DNA of 64,000 nt from NCBI GenBank assembly GCA_964016885.1, contig OZ024745.1, forward strand, positions 28,272,001 to 28,336,000, written 5' to 3'. This DNA is from Eledone cirrhosa. Its lineage: Eukaryota. Position 1 is the stretch's first letter; every line of letters starts with the position of its first letter. Positions 12,501-29,099 of this stretch are shown here, in pieces. Made by a program: the position numbers and the translations under genes. The notes under the pieces are model-generated. The model ran no database searches. It worked only from the letters and a program-made list of their open reading frames with translations, and was not told the DNA's origin.

Positions 12501-15500
12501 TATGTCTATTTTATCATATCACCTGTACTATCACTCTACAGATTGTTTTAGGTCTATTTTATCATATCACCAGCACTATCACTCTACAGATTGTTCTAGG
12601 TCTATTTTATCATATCACCTGTACTATCACTCTACAGATTGTTCTAGGTCTATTTTATCATCTCACCTGTACTATCACTCTACAGGTTGTTCTATGTCTA
12701 TTTTATCATATCACCTGTAGTATCACTCTACAGGTTGTTCTAGGTCTATTTTATCATATCACCAGCACTATCACTCTACAGATTGTTCTAGGTCTATTTT
12801 ATCATATCACCTGTACTATCACTCCACAGATTGTTCTAGGTCTATTTTATCATCTCACCTGTACTATCACTCTACAGGTTGTTCTATGTCTATTTTATCA
12901 TATCACCTGTAGTATCACTCTACAGGTTGTTCTAGGTCTATTTTATCATGTCACCTGTACTATCACTCTACAGATTGTTCTAGGTCTATTTTATCATGTC
13001 ACCTGTACTATCACTCTACAGATTGTTCTAGGTCTATTTTATCATATCACCCGCACTATCACTCTACAGATTGTTCTAGCTCTATTTTATCATATCACCT
13101 GTACTATCACTCTACAGGTTGTTCTAGGTCTATTTTATCATATCACCAGCACTATCACTCTACAGATTGTTCTAGGTCTATTTTATCATGTCACCTGTAC
13201 TATCACTCTACAGATTGTTCTAGGTCTATTTTATCATATCACCTGTACTATCACTCTACAGATTGTTCTAGGTCTATTTTATCATATCACCTGTACTATC
13301 ACTCTACAGATTGTTCTAGGTCTATTTTATCATATCACCTGCACTATCACTCTACAGATTGTTCTAGGTCTATTTTATCATGTCACCTGTACTATCACTT
13401 TACAGGTTGTTCTAGGTCTATTTTATCATATCACCAGCACTATCACTCTACAGATTGTTCTAGGTCTATTTTATCATATCACCTGTACTATCACTCTACA
13501 GATTGTTCTAGGTCTATTTTATCATCTCACCTGTACTATCACTCTACAGGTTGTTCTATGTCTATTTTATCATATCACCTGTAGTATCACTCTACAGGTT
13601 GTTCTAGGTCTATTTTATCATATCACCAGCACTATCACTCTACAGATTGTTCTAGGTCTATTTTATCATATCACCTGTACTATCACTCTACAGATTGTTC
13701 TAGGTCTATTTTATCATCTCACCTGTACTATCACTCTACAGGTTGTTCTATGTCTATTTTATCATATCACCTGTAGTATCACTCTACAGGTTGTTCTAGG
13801 TCTATTTTATCATGTCACCTGTACTATCACTCTACAGATTGTTCTAGGTCTATTTTATCATGTCACCTGTACTATCACTCTACAGATTGTTCTAGGTCTA
13901 TTTTATCATATCACCCGCACTATCACTCTACAGATTGTTCTAGCTCTATTTTATCATATCACCTGTACTATCACTCTACAGGTTGTTCTAGGTCTATTTT
14001 ATCATATCACCAGCACTATCACTCTACAGATTGTTCTAGGTCTATTTTATCATGTCACCTGTACTATCACTCTACAGATTGTTCTAGGTCTATTTTATCA
14101 TATCACCTGTACTATCACTCTACAGATTGTTCTAGGTCTATTTTATCATATCACCTGTACTATCACTCTACAGATTGTTCTAGGTCTATTTTATCATATC
14201 ACCTGCACTATCACTCTACAGATTGTTCTAGGTCTATTTTATCATGTCACCTGTACTATCAGTCTACAGGTTGTTCTAGGTCTATTTTATCATATCACCA
14301 GCACTATCACTCTACAGATTGTTCTAGGTCTATTTTATCATATCACCTGTACTATCACTCTACAGATTGTTCTAGCTCTATTTTATCATATCACCTGTAC
14401 TATCACTCTACAGATTGTTCTAGGTCTATTTTATCATATCACCTGTACTATCACTCTACAGATTGTTCTAGCTCTATTTTATCATATCACCTGTACTATC
14501 ACTCTACAGATTGTTCTAGGTCTATTTTATCATATCACCTGTACTATCACTCTACAGATTGTTCTAGCTCTATTTTATCATATCACCAGCACTATCACTC
14601 TACAGATTGTTCTAGCTCTATTTTATCATATCACCTGTACTATCACTCTACAGGTTGTTCTATGTCTATTTTATCATATCACCTGTACTATCACTCTACA
14701 GATTGTTCTAGGTATATTTTATCATATCACATGTCCTATCACTCTACAGGTTCTTCTATGTCTATTTTATCATATCACCTGTACTATCACTCTACAGGTT
14801 GTTCTAGGTCTATTTTATCATGTCACCTGTACTATCACTCTACAGGTTGTTCTAGGTCTATTTTATCATGTCACCTGTACTATCACTCTACAGGTTGTTC
14901 TAGGTCTATTTTATCATATCACCTGTACTATCACTCTACAGATTGTTCTAGGTCTATTTTATCATATCACCTGTACTATCACTCTACAGGTTGTTCTATG
15001 TCTATTTTATCATATCACCTGTACTATCACTCTACAGATTGTTCTAGGTCTATTTTATCATATCACCTGTACTATCACTCTACAGATTGTTCTAGGTCTA
15101 TTTTATCATATCACCTGTACTATCACTTTACAGATTGTTCTAGGTCTATTTTATCATATCACCTGTACTATCACTCTACAGGTTGTTCTAGGTCTATTTT
15201 ATCATATCACCTGTACTATCACTCTACAGGTTGTTCTAGGTCTATTTTATCATATCACCTGTACTATCACTCTACAGGTTGTTCTAGGTCTATTTTATCA
15301 TATCACCTGTACTATCACTCTACAGATTGTTCTAGCTCTATTTTATCATATCACCTGTAGTATCACTCTACAGATTGTTCTATGTCTATTTTATCATATC
15401 ACCTGTACTATCACTCTACAGATTGTTCTAGGTCTATTTTATCATATCACCTGTACTATCACTCTACAGATTGTTCTAGGTCTATTTTATCATATCACCT

Positions 15501-18500
15501 GTACTATCACTCTACAGGTTGTTCTAGGTCTATTTTATCATATCACCTGTACTATCACTGTACAGATTGTTCTAGGTCTATTTTATCATATCACCTGTAC
15601 TATCACTCTACAGGTTGTTCTAGGTCTATTTTATCATGTCACCAGCACTATCACTCTACAGATTGTTCTAGGTCTATTTTATCATATCACCTGCACTATC
15701 ACTCTACAGATTGTTCTATGTCTATTTTATCATATCACCTGTACTATCACTCTACAGATTGTTTTAGGTCTATTTTATCATATCACCAGCACTATCACTC
15801 TACAGATTGTTCTAGGTCTATTTTATCATATCACCTGTACTATCACTCTACAGATTGTTCTAGGTCTATTTTATCATCTCACCTGTACTATCACTCTACA
15901 GGTTGTTCTATGTCTATTTTATCATATCACCTGTAGTATCACTCTACAGGTTGTTCTAGGTCTATTTTATCATATCACCAGCACTATCACTCTACAGATT
16001 GTTCTAGGTCTATTTTATCATATCACCTGTACTATCACTCTACAGATTGTTCTAGGTCTATTTTATCATCTCACCTGTACTATCACTCTACAGGTTGTTC
16101 TATGTCTATTTTATCATATCACCTGTAGTATCACTCTACAGGTTGTTCTAGGTCTATTTTATCATGTCACCTGTACTATCACTCTACAGATTGTTCTAGG
16201 TCTATTTTATCATGTCACCTGTACTATCACTCTACAGATTGTTCTAGGTCTATTTTATCATATCACCCGCACTATCACTCTACAGATTGTTCTAGCTCTA
16301 TTTTATCATATCACCTGTACTATCACTCTACAGGTTGTTCTAGGTCTATTTTATCATATCACCAGCACTATCACTCTACAGATTGTTCTAGGTCTATTTT
16401 ATCATGTCACCTGTACTATCACTCTACAGATTGTTCTAGGTCTATTTTATCATATCACCTGTACTATCACTCTACAGATTGTTCTAGGTCTATTTTATCA
16501 TATCACCTGTACTATCACTCTACAGATTGTTCTAGGTCTATTTTATCATATCACCTGCACTATCACTCTACAGATTGTTCTAGGTCTATTTTATCATGTC
16601 ACCTGTACTATCACTTTACAGGTTGTTCTAGGTCTATTTTATCATATCACCAGCACTATCACTCTACAGATTGTTCTAGGTCTATTTTATCATATCACCT
16701 GTACTATCACTCTACAGATTGTTCTAGGTCTATTTTATCATCTCACCTGTACTATCACTCTACAGGTTGTTCTATGTCTATTTTATCATATCACCTGTAG
16801 TATCACTCTACAGGTTGTTCTAGGTCTATTTTATCATATCACCAGCACTATCACTCTACAGATTGTTCTAGGTCTATTTTATCATATCACCTGTACTATC
16901 ACTCTACAGATTGTTCTAGGTCTATTTTATCATCTCACCTGTACTATCACTCTACAGGTTGTTCTATGTCTATTTTATCATATCACCTGTAGTATCACTC
17001 TACAGGTTGTTCTAGGTCTATTTTATCATGTCACCTGTACTATCACTCTACAGATTGTTCTAGGTCTATTTTATCATGTCACCTGTACTATCACTCTACA
17101 GATTGTTCTAGGTCTATTTTATCATATCACCCGCACTATCACTCTACAGATTGTTCTAGCTCTATTTTATCATATCACCTGTACTATCACTCTACAGGTT
17201 GTTCTAGGTCTATTTTATCATATCACCAGCACTATCACTCTACAGATTGTTCTAGGTCTATTTTATCATGTCACCTGTACTATCACTCTACAGATTGTTC
17301 TAGGTCTATTTTATCATATCACCTGTACTATCACTCTACAGATTGTTCTAGGTCTATTTTATCATATCACCTGTACTATCACTCTACAGATTGTTCTAGG
17401 TCTATTTTATCATATCACCTGCACTATCACTCTACAGATTGTTCTAGGTCTATTTTATCATGTCACCTGTACTATCAGTCTACAGGTTGTTCTAGGTCTA
17501 TTTTATCATATCACCAGCACTATCACTCTACAGATTGTTCTAGGTCTATTTTATCATATCACCTGTACTATCACTCTACAGATTGTTCTAGCTCTATTTT
17601 ATCATATCACCTGTACTATCACTCTACAGATTGTTCTAGGTCTATTTTATCATATCACCTGTACTATCACTCTACAGATTGTTCTAGCTCTATTTTATCA
17701 TATCACCTGTACTATCACTCTACAGATTGTTCTAGGTCTATTTTATCATATCACCTGTACTATCACTCTACAGATTGTTCTAGCTCTATTTTATCATATC
17801 ACCAGCACTATCACTCTACAGATTGTTCTAGCTCTATTTTATCATATCACCTGTACTATCACTCTACAGGTTGTTCTATGTCTATTTTATCATATCACCT
17901 GTACTATCACTCTACAGATTGTTCTAGGTATATTTTATCATATCACATGTCCTATCACTCTACAGGTTCTTCTATGTCTATTTTATCATATCACCTGTAC
18001 TATCACTCTACAGGTTGTTCTAGGTCTATTTTATCATGTCACCTGTACTATCACTCTACAGGTTGTTCTAGGTCTATTTTATCATGTCACCTGTACTATC
18101 ACTCTACAGGTTGTTCTAGCTCTATTTTATCATATCACCTGTACTATCACTCTACAGATTGTTCTAGGTCTATTTTATCATATCACCTGTACTATCACTC
18201 TACAGATTGTTCTAGGTCTATTTTATCATATCACCAGCACTATCACTCTACAGATTGTTCTAGGTCTATTTTATCATATCACCTGTACTATCACTCTACA
18301 GATTGTTCTGGGTCTATTTTATCATATCACCTATACTATCACTCTACAGGTTGTTCTAGGTCTATTTTATCATGTCACCAGCACTATCACTCTACAGATT
18401 GTTCTATGTCTATTTTATCATATCACCTGTACTATCACTCTACAGATTGTTTTAGGTCTATTTTATCATCTCACCTGTACTATCACTCTACAGATTGTTC

Positions 18501-21500
18501 TAGGTCTATTTTATCATCTCACCTGTACTATCACTCTACAGATTGTTCTATGTCTATTTTATCATCTCACCTGTACTATCACTCTACAGGTTGTTCTAGG
18601 TCTATTTTATCATGTCACCTGTACTATCACTCTACAGATTGTTCAATGTCTATTTTATCATATCACCTGTACTATCACTCTACAGGTTGTTCTAGCTCTA
18701 TTTTATCATATCACCTGTACTATCACTCTACAGGTTGTTCTATGTCTATTTTATCATATCACCAGCACTATCACTCTACAGATTGTTCTAGGTCTATTTT
18801 ATCATATCACCTGTAGTATCACTCTACAGGTTGTTCTAGGTCTATTTTATCATATCACCAGCACTATCACTCTACAGATTGTTCTAGGTCTATTTTATCA
18901 TATCACCTGTACTATCACTCTACAGATTGTTCTAGGTCTATTTTATCATATCACCTGTACTATCACTCTACAGGTTGTTCTAGGTCTATTTTATCATATC
19001 ACCAGCACTATCACTCTACAGATTGTTCTAGGTCTATTTTATCATATCACCTGTACTATCACTCTACAGATTGTTCTAGGTCTATTTTATCATCTCACCT
19101 GTACTATCACTCTACAGGTTGTTCTATGTCTATTTTATCATATCACCTGTAGTATCACTCTACAGGTTGTTCTAGGTCTATTTTATCATGTCACCTGTAC
19201 TATCACTCTACAGATTGTTCTAGGTCTATTTTATCATGTCACCTGTACTATCACTCTACAGATTGTTCTAGGTCTATTTTATCATATCACCTGTACTATC
19301 ACTCTACAGATTGTTCTAGGTCTATTTTATCATATCACCTGTACTATCACTCTACAGGTTGTTCTAGGTCTATTTTATCATATCACCTGTACTATCACTC
19401 TACAGATTGTTCTAGGTCTATTTTATCATATCACCTGTACTATCACTCTACAGATTGTTCTAGGTCTATTTTATCGTATCACCAGCACTATCACTCTACA
19501 GATTGTTCTAGGTCTATTTTATCATATCACCTGTAGTATCACTCTACAGATTGTTCTATGTCTATTTTATCATATCACCTGTACTATCACTCTACAGTTG
19601 TTCTATGTCTATTTTATCATATCACCAGCACTATCACTCTACAGATTGTTCTAGGTCTATTTTATCATATCACCTGTACTTTCACTCTACAGATTGTTCT
19701 AGGTCTATTTTATCATATCACCTGTACTATCACTCTACAGATTGTTCTAGCTCTATTTTATCATATCACCTGTACTATCACTCTACAGATTGTTCTAGGT
19801 CTATTTTATCATATCACCTGTACTATCACTCTACAGATTGTTCTAGGTCTATTTTATCATATCACCAGCACTATCACTCTACAGATTGTTCTAGCTCTAT
19901 TTTATCATATCACCTGTACTATCACTCTACAGATTGTTCTAGGTCTATTTTATCATATCACCTGTACTATCACTCTACAGGTTGTTCTATGTCTATTTTA
20001 TCATATCACCTGTACTATCACTCTACAGGTTGTTCTAGCTCTATTTTATCATGTCACCTGTACTATCACTCTACAGATTGTTCTAGGTCTATTTTATCAT
20101 ATCACCTGTACTATCACTCTACAGGTTGTTCTATGTCTATTTTATCATGTCACCTCTACTATCACTCTACAGGTTGTTCTAGCTCTATTTTATCATGTCA
20201 CCTGTACTATCACTCTACAGATTGTTCTAGGTCTATTTTATCATATCACCTGTACTATCACTCTACAGGTTGTTCTATGTCTATTTTATCATATCACCTG
20301 TACTATCACTCTACAGGTTGTTCTATGTCTATTTTATCATGTCACCTGTACTATCACTCTACAGGTTGTTCTAGCTCTATTTTATCATGTCACCTGTACT
20401 ATCACTCTACAGATTGTTCTAGGTCTATTTTATCATATCACCTGTACTATCACTCTACAGGTTGTTCTATGTCTATTTTATCATATCACCTGTACTATGA
20501 CTCTACAGGTTGTTCTATGTCTATTTTATCATGTCACCTGTACTATCACTCTACAGGTTGTTCTAGCTCTATTTTATCATGTCACCTGTACTATCACTCT
20601 ACAGATTGTTCTAGGTCTATTTTATCATATCACCTGTACTATCACTCTACAGGTTGTTCTATGTCTATTTTATCATATCACCTGTAGTATCACTCTACCG
20701 GTTGTTCTATGTCTATTTTATCATATCACCTGTACTATCACTCTACAGATTGTTCTAGGTCTATTTTATCATATCACCTGTACTATCACTCTACAGATTG
20801 TTCTAGGTCTATTTTATCATATCACCTGTAGTATCACTCTACAGGTTGTTCTATGTCTATTTTATCATATCACCTGTACTATCACTCTACAGGTTGTTCT
20901 ATGTCTATTTTATCATATCACCTGCACTATCACTCTACAGATTGTTCTAGGTCTATTTTATCATATCACCTGTAGTATCACTCTACAGGTTGTTCTATGT
21001 CTATTTTATCATATCACCTGTACTATCACTCTACAGGTTGTTCTATGTCTATTTTATCATATCACCTGCACTATCACTCTACAGATTGTTCTATGTCTAT
21101 TTTATCATATCACCAGCACTATCACTCTACAGGTTGTTCTATGTCTATTTTATCATATCACCTGTAGTACCACTCTACAGATTGTTCTAGGTCTATTTCT
21201 ATCATATCACCTGTACTATCACTCTACAGATTGTTCTAGGTCTATTTTATCATCTCACCTGTACTATCACTCTACAGGTTGTTCTATGTCTATTTTATCA
21301 TATCACCTGTAGTACCACTCTACAGGTTGTTCTAGGTCTATTTTATCATGTCACCTGTACTATCACTCTACAGATTGTTCTAGGTCTATTTTATCATATC
21401 ACCTGTACTATCACTCTACAGATTGTTCTAGGTCTATTTTATCATGTCACCTGTACTATCACTCTACAGATTGTTCTAGGTCTATTTTATCATGTCACCT

Positions 21501-23666
21501 GTACTATCACTCTACAGATTGTTCTAGGTCTATTTTATCATATCACCTGTACTATCACTCTACAGATTGTTCTAGGTCTATTTTATCATATCACCTGTAC
21601 TATCACTCTACAGATTGTTCTAGCTCTATTTTATCATATCACCTGTACTATCACTCTACAGATTGTTCTAGGTCTATTTTATCATATCACCTGTACTTTC
21701 ACTCTACAGATTGTTCTAGGTCTATTTTATCATATCACCTGTACTATCACTCTACAGATTGTTCTAGCTCTATTTTATCATATCACCTGTACTATCACTC
21801 TACAGATTGTTCTAGCTCTATTTTATCATATCACCTGTACTATCACTCTACAGATTGTTCTAGGTCTATTTTATCATATCACCTGTACTATCACTCTACA
21901 GGTTGTTCTATGTCTATTTTATCATATCACCTGTACTATCACTCTACAGGTTGTTCTAGCTCTATTTTATCATGTCACCTGTACTATCACTCTACAGATT
22001 GTTCTAGGTCTATTTTATCATATCACCTGTACTATCACTCTACAGGTTGTTCTATGTCTATTTTATCATGTCACCTCTACTATCACTCTACAGGTTGTTC
22101 TAGCTCTATTTTATCATGTCACCTGTACTATCACTCTACAGATTGTTCTAGGTCTATTTTATCATATCACCTGTACTATCACTCTACAGGTTGTTCTATG
22201 TCTATTTTATCATATCACCTGTACCATCACTCTACAGGTTGTTCTATGTCTATTTTATCATGTCACCTGTACTATCACTCTACAGGTTGTTCTAGCTCTA
22301 TTTTATCATGTCACCTGTACTATCACTCTACAGATTGTTCTAGGTCTATTTTATCATATCACCTGTACTATCACTCTACAGGTTGTTCTATGTCTATTTT
22401 ATCATATCACCTGTACTATCACTCTACAGGTTGTTCTATGTCTATTTTATCATGTCACCTGTACTATCACTCTACAGGTTGTTCTAGCTCTATTTTATCA
22501 TGTCACCTGTACTATCACTCTACAGATTGTTCTAGGTCTATTTTATCATATCACCTGTACTATCACTCTACAGGTTGTTCTATGTCTATTTTATCATATC
22601 ACCTGTAGTATCACTCTACCGGTTGTTCTATGTCTATTTTATCATATCACCTGTACTATCACTCTACAGATTGTTCTAGGTCTATTTCATCATATCACCT
22701 GTACTATCACTCTACAGATTGTTCTAGGTCTATTTTATCATATCACCTGTAGTATCACTCTACAGGTTGTTCTATGTCTATTTTATCATATCACCTGTAC
22801 TATCACTCTACAGGTTGTTCTATGTCTATTTTATCATATCACCTGCACTATCACTCTACAGATTGTTCTAGGTCTATTTTATCATATCACCTGTAGTATC
22901 ACTCTACAGGTTGTTCTATGTCTATTTTATCATATCACCTGTACTATCACTCTACAGGTTGTTCTATGTCTATTTTATCATATCACCTGCACTATCACTC
23001 TACAGATTGTTCTATGTCTATTTTATCATATCACCAGCACTATCACTCTACAGGTTGTTCTATGTCTATTTTATCATATCACCTGTACTATCACTCTACA
23101 GATTGTTCTGGGTCTATTTTATCATATCACCTGTTGTATCACTCTACAGGTTGTTCTAGGTCTATTTTATCATATCACCTGTACTATCACTCTACAGGTT
23201 GTTCTATGTCTATTTTATCATATCACCTGTACTATCACTCTACAGGTTGTTCTAGGTCTATTTTATCATATCACCTGTACTATCACTCTACAGGTTGTTC
23301 TAGGTCTATTTTATCATGTCACCTGTACTATCACTCTACAGGTTGTTCTAGGTCTATTTTATCATGTCACCTGTACTATCACTCTACAGGTTGTTCTAGG
23401 TCTATTTTATCATATCACCTGTACTATCACTCTACAGGTTGTTCTATGTCTATTTTATCATATCACTTGTACTATCACTCTACAGGTTGTTCTATGTCTA
23501 TTTTATCATATCACCTGTACTATCACTCTACAGGTTGTTCTAGGTCTATTTTATCATATCACCTGTACTATCACTCTACAGGTTGTTCTAGGTCTATTTT
23601 ATCATATCACCTGCACTATCACTCTACAGATTGTTCTATGTCTATTTTATCATGTCACCTGTACTA
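6506..23666. repeat. 48-bp minisatellite/satellite array (~357 units) with higher-order duplications
   Basis: Unit tcactctacag[ag]ttgttctaggtctattttatcatatcacctgtacta. Rare variants recur at offsets of 864, 3216 and 1921 bp. Confidence 0.98.
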
Positions 23667-24350
23667 GAAGGGTTGTCACGTACTCAGCAAGACTGAAAAG
23701 TTCTCTGAAATCTATATTTCCTTAATTCAACCACTTGCAGAGTGAACTGGTGAAACACTATATATATTCATATAGATTCAGTATATGGTGTTAGGGAGGA
23801 CATCCAACCATGAAAGCCAAGTCAAAAACTGGTATGTACAAGCATGATATGGGGCCAGAACCATCTAGGAAGGCAGTAACTGAACTGGACTGTGACAACC
23901 CGTACAACTCATTCTTACACAGAAAACAAATGTTAAAAAATGACGGGGTTGATTCATGGATTGAATGGTGCATAGTGTTGTTGAGCAAAACCCTTTATTT
24001 CATATTCTTCCTTGTGCCAGGAGTTGTGACTGGCAGATAGTATCAGTAATGGAAAGTCCAATGGAAACATTAAAGTTGTTTATTTCTATTTTTCTGGTAC
24101 ATTTACATGCGTACATATTAGATATGTGTATATATTTATACACTTTGTTGCAGTATTTGTTATACACACTGTATTTATACAGATATAACTTTATCATACA
24201 CTTCAGCTGCTAGCGGGCTTCTTACTATATATCTTAATTAAATACCAACATGAGCGCTAATTATATGAAAATTAGTATGTTCCTTTCAGAATAATAGTAA
24301 GAGCGAATGGTCATATATACCCAACAAATACATGTTTCAGTATTTCCTTG

Positions 24351-24395
24351 TGTTTCTGATGAGGGTCCAATAGGATCCGAAAATCGATTAAAGAT
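24351..24395 (+). ncRNA. Minimal hammerhead motif in a pLTR fragment
   Basis: ttt-CTGATGA-gggtcc aata ggatcc-GAAA-atcgat-TA-aag. Confidence 0.75.
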
Positions 24396-24487
24396 GTTTA
24401 TTGCGTTTTCAATTCACAGGGAAATACTTTCAACCACCCTGCCTTAGTCCACAAGGTGTTCTATTCGACTTGCTTCGTCTCCTAGTT

Positions 24488-24584
<97 letters not shown>

Positions 24585-24603
24585 AATATATATATAAAAA
24601 TAT

Positions 24604-25550
<947 letters not shown>

Positions 25551-26039
25551 AACTGCACCCAAATACAATTAAACGTAATACGCTACATAAATAATATATA
25601 CACCGTTAACAATACTGCACTTCTATATAGACTAAACATGAAACTGATACACACACACTCGGATCTATATACACACACTTTCTACTAGAACAATCCATAT
25701 AGTTACACACAAAATCTATAGACACACAAATAAATACACATATTGACAATATTGACACTTTAACAATTACAATTATAATTATGTGGGGGGGGGAGACAAA
25801 TATATATATGTATATGTGTATAACTGGCAGACACATAACAAAAATATCAAATGTATTATCACATTACTTCTTTTATATCTGACAAGGTTGTTAGATATAA
25901 TATTCGGCCATCTTGGTTTTGCCACAAGATAACTAAACTAGAAGATACAGAGTGTTTATGTCCTATGCTGGTTGAAGATTGAAACCTTAGGTAGCATGTG
26001 TTGAGATCTTATTCATATGATATATATATATAAGCTCTA

Positions 26040-26700
26040 CTGAAGCACCCTGGTTGAGTGCTTTTGACGAGTTCAAGTTTTCAATTTTGAATAACTGCCA
26101 TCGTGTTCCCCAAAAGTGGTCAGATCCGGCTGGCCTCCTCTTTGATGCGAAGTCACTTGTCACTAAAAGTCTAGGCTTACTACTACACTCGGTGATGACC
26201 GTCACTGCTGCATACTATCTGGCTAAACAGACCTTTCCATTCGTCGGAGCTCAGTACCCGCCTATGAAACAATTTAGAGCCAAATTACATAATGCCCCCT
26301 GACATTACGTAATTTCTGTAGACGGTGGTTCCAGTCGGTCTATTTTTTAATAGACACCAAGTCTTGGCTCGGGGTTTTGATAAATTAATATCATACCCAG
26401 ACGAAGTCATTTTTCTTACTGATTGACGAATATGTACACTCCTGCACAGGCAGGAGTGGGGATACTCACTAATACCCAGTTGTCAGAATATGTTGTGGAC
26501 TGGATCCCATTAGGGTGGTGTAAGTTTATGCATCAAGCAAAGTCCTAGTGCAGATTTTTCCTTGAAGTAACTGCAGCGTTAGATGTAGTTAAAACTGAGT
26601 CATATATCCTAATGGGAGATATCAACGCAGATGTTGTCACTGACAACCTGACATGGAAAGGACTGATTGGATGGAACAGCGACCCAGTGGTTTAACCGCG
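26040..26700 (+). mobile_element. Degenerate 5' fragment of an RTE-type LINE (AP endonuclease remnants)
   Basis: Translates to AQAGVGILTN and ILMGDINADV...WKGLIG, with disruptions. Confidence 0.6.
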
Positions 26701-26734
26701 CGGTACATGTCTATATACATATTTACACAATTTC

Positions 26735-26925
26735 GGATGGCCGTTGACTCTTATGAGTTCTTCCGCCCTTTGTCAGGTTTTGTTTTTTGTCCTGCAGAGA
26801 GACCAAAATCACCCTCCTCACCAAGTAAACTTAGTGGGGTTGCCGGTTTAGTCGCCGATGACCCGACCATGCAACAGGTTGTACTGGGTTACATGTTACC
26901 AGTAGCATTCAAGAGTGACCCGACA
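26735..26925. repeat. ~190-bp interspersed repeat, second copy at 46845-47035 (probably a LINE/SINE 5' end)
   Basis: The two regions are colinear and highly similar. Confidence 0.8.
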
Positions 26926-27256
26926 TACATACATATACATACATATATACATACATACATACATACATACATATACATACACATACATACATACATACAT
27001 ACACACACACATACATGCACACATACATACACATATGCATATTCATAGACAAATACACTCATACATTTACACACAAATACATATGTACACATTCATACAC
27101 ATACACACACAGTCTTATGGTTGTTCCTTAGGTGTGTGTGTATTGGGGTGGGGGTGGATGTATCATTTAAACATGATTAATGTTGGAAAACCTGACATAA
27201 TTTTGGATCGCATGTAATATATACATTAAGTTTTTGTGTAGGATGTGTGTATGTGT

Positions 27257-27290
<34 letters not shown>

Positions 27291-27319
27291 GTGTGTCGTG
27301 TGTGAGCACGGTGGGGGTT

Positions 27320-27354
<35 letters not shown>

Positions 27355-27595
27355 CATGTGTGTGTATGTGTGTGTGAGTCATGTGTGTGTGAGTCATGTG
27401 TGTGTGTGTGTGTGAGTCATGTGTGTGTGTGTGTGAGTCATGTGTGTGTGTGAGTCATGTGTGTGCACGGTGGGGTTCGTGTGTGTGTATTGTGTACGTG
27501 TTATGCTTGTGTGTCTTGTGCGTGTTATGTGTGTGTTTGTGTGTTGTGTGCGTTTGTGTGTGTATGGACAAGTGCACGTATCTGAACGTGTGTGT

Positions 27596-27646
<51 letters not shown>

Positions 27647-28204
27647 GAGCATGTGCATATATATGAGTATGTATAGGTGCGTATGTGTGAGTTAGAATCG
27701 ACAAGTGTTTTCAATGTATGATATCCAGGCTGAACTACTCCCGTTACCCTGACAACGTTATCACTAGATATCGGCCAGCGATAGTCAAGATAAAGACATA
27801 GATGACGCTTTCACTAAGGCCAACTTGGCAGCAACCCAGGGCGCATTACTGAACCTCAAGACTTATAGTTTTATACAAATTTATATAATAAAGCATTGTG
27901 AAAATATCCACAAGCTGGGAAGAAGGTCATATGGTGTTAAGTTTTGTCACATGATTTAGACATGGGTGGGCGTTGACTGTGTTGTAGAAAATACCGGTTA
28001 AATAAACTCTTCATTTTGGTCAGAGCAAGAAGTGTGAAAAACTAGGTTTGTCAGCATGCCAAACTGAAGTTGAAATTATTTTCTTTAGAGCGCTATATCG
28101 CTCTGATCGATCCACAAGACCTTATTAGCTTGCCGACTGGAGTGGACTTCGTCGGACCAATGAAACAATGTATCCATTGGTCTCTCTATTGCTAATACTA
28201 TCTA

Positions 28205-28340
28205 CCGGTCGTAACTCCTGACAGAAATAAAGTGTCTTACTCATGCTCAAGGACACAACGCATCACCGGGTCCGAGAATTGAACTCGCAACCTCACGAGT
28301 GCGAATCCAACTTTCTAACCACTAAACCACGCGCCTTCAC
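28205..28340 (-). mobile_element. tRNA-derived CORE-type SINE head
   Basis: ataaagtgtctt...caaggacacaac...gaactc...ctaaccactaaaccacgcgcct, the same family as 62265-62580. Confidence 0.7.
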
Positions 28341-28788
28341 TATATACCCGTGCCAAATCATGTGACAGATCATAACACCACATAACCCTCTCCACCGTTT
28401 TGGTTATTTCCATGTACCCAATGTCCTTCACAAAGCATGTATTGACCTCAGGCGATGGTAAAGACATTTGCTCAAGACGTCATTCAGTTGGATTCGGGAC
28501 CTCGTGATTGTGAAACGAACTTCTTAACTACTCAGCCATGCTCGCATCAATTAATATATTATAAATAACAATTATAAAGTAATATCATCATGGAAGACAT
28601 TAGGCATTCTTTTACTGGTGTCAGTCATTAGACTGCGGTCATGCTGGGGCATCACATTAGAGGGATTTAGTCAATTGTAACGATCTTAGTACTTATTGTT
28701 TTAGTCTGGTATTTATTTTATCGATTGCTTCCTGTTGAACTGCTAAATTACAAGTCACAAACAATAAACGTAACTGCACACATATTTA

Positions 28789-28836
<48 letters not shown>

Positions 28837-29099
28837 CACACTCACATACACATACTCACACACACTCACACACACATACACACACACACTCACACACACT
28901 CACACACACATACACACACTCACTCACACACTCATACACACACACACTCACACGCACACATACACACACTCACTCACACACTCATACACACACACACTGA
29001 CACACACACACACACACTGACACACATACACACACACTCACAGTAGATCCAGGCTGAGATACAGAGATGTGGTTAAACCTAATATGAGTATATTATGTT

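Noticed and set aside
6463-21312. Giant ORFs (1893 aa, 2657 aa and others) of YHITCTITLQVVLGLF or SILSYHLYYHSTDCSR repeats
   Set aside because: They follow from a 48-bp unit with a stop-free frame. There are uncompensated indels (~11720, ~19597, ~21200), non-ATG or incidental starts, and the unit derives from a retroelement UTR.
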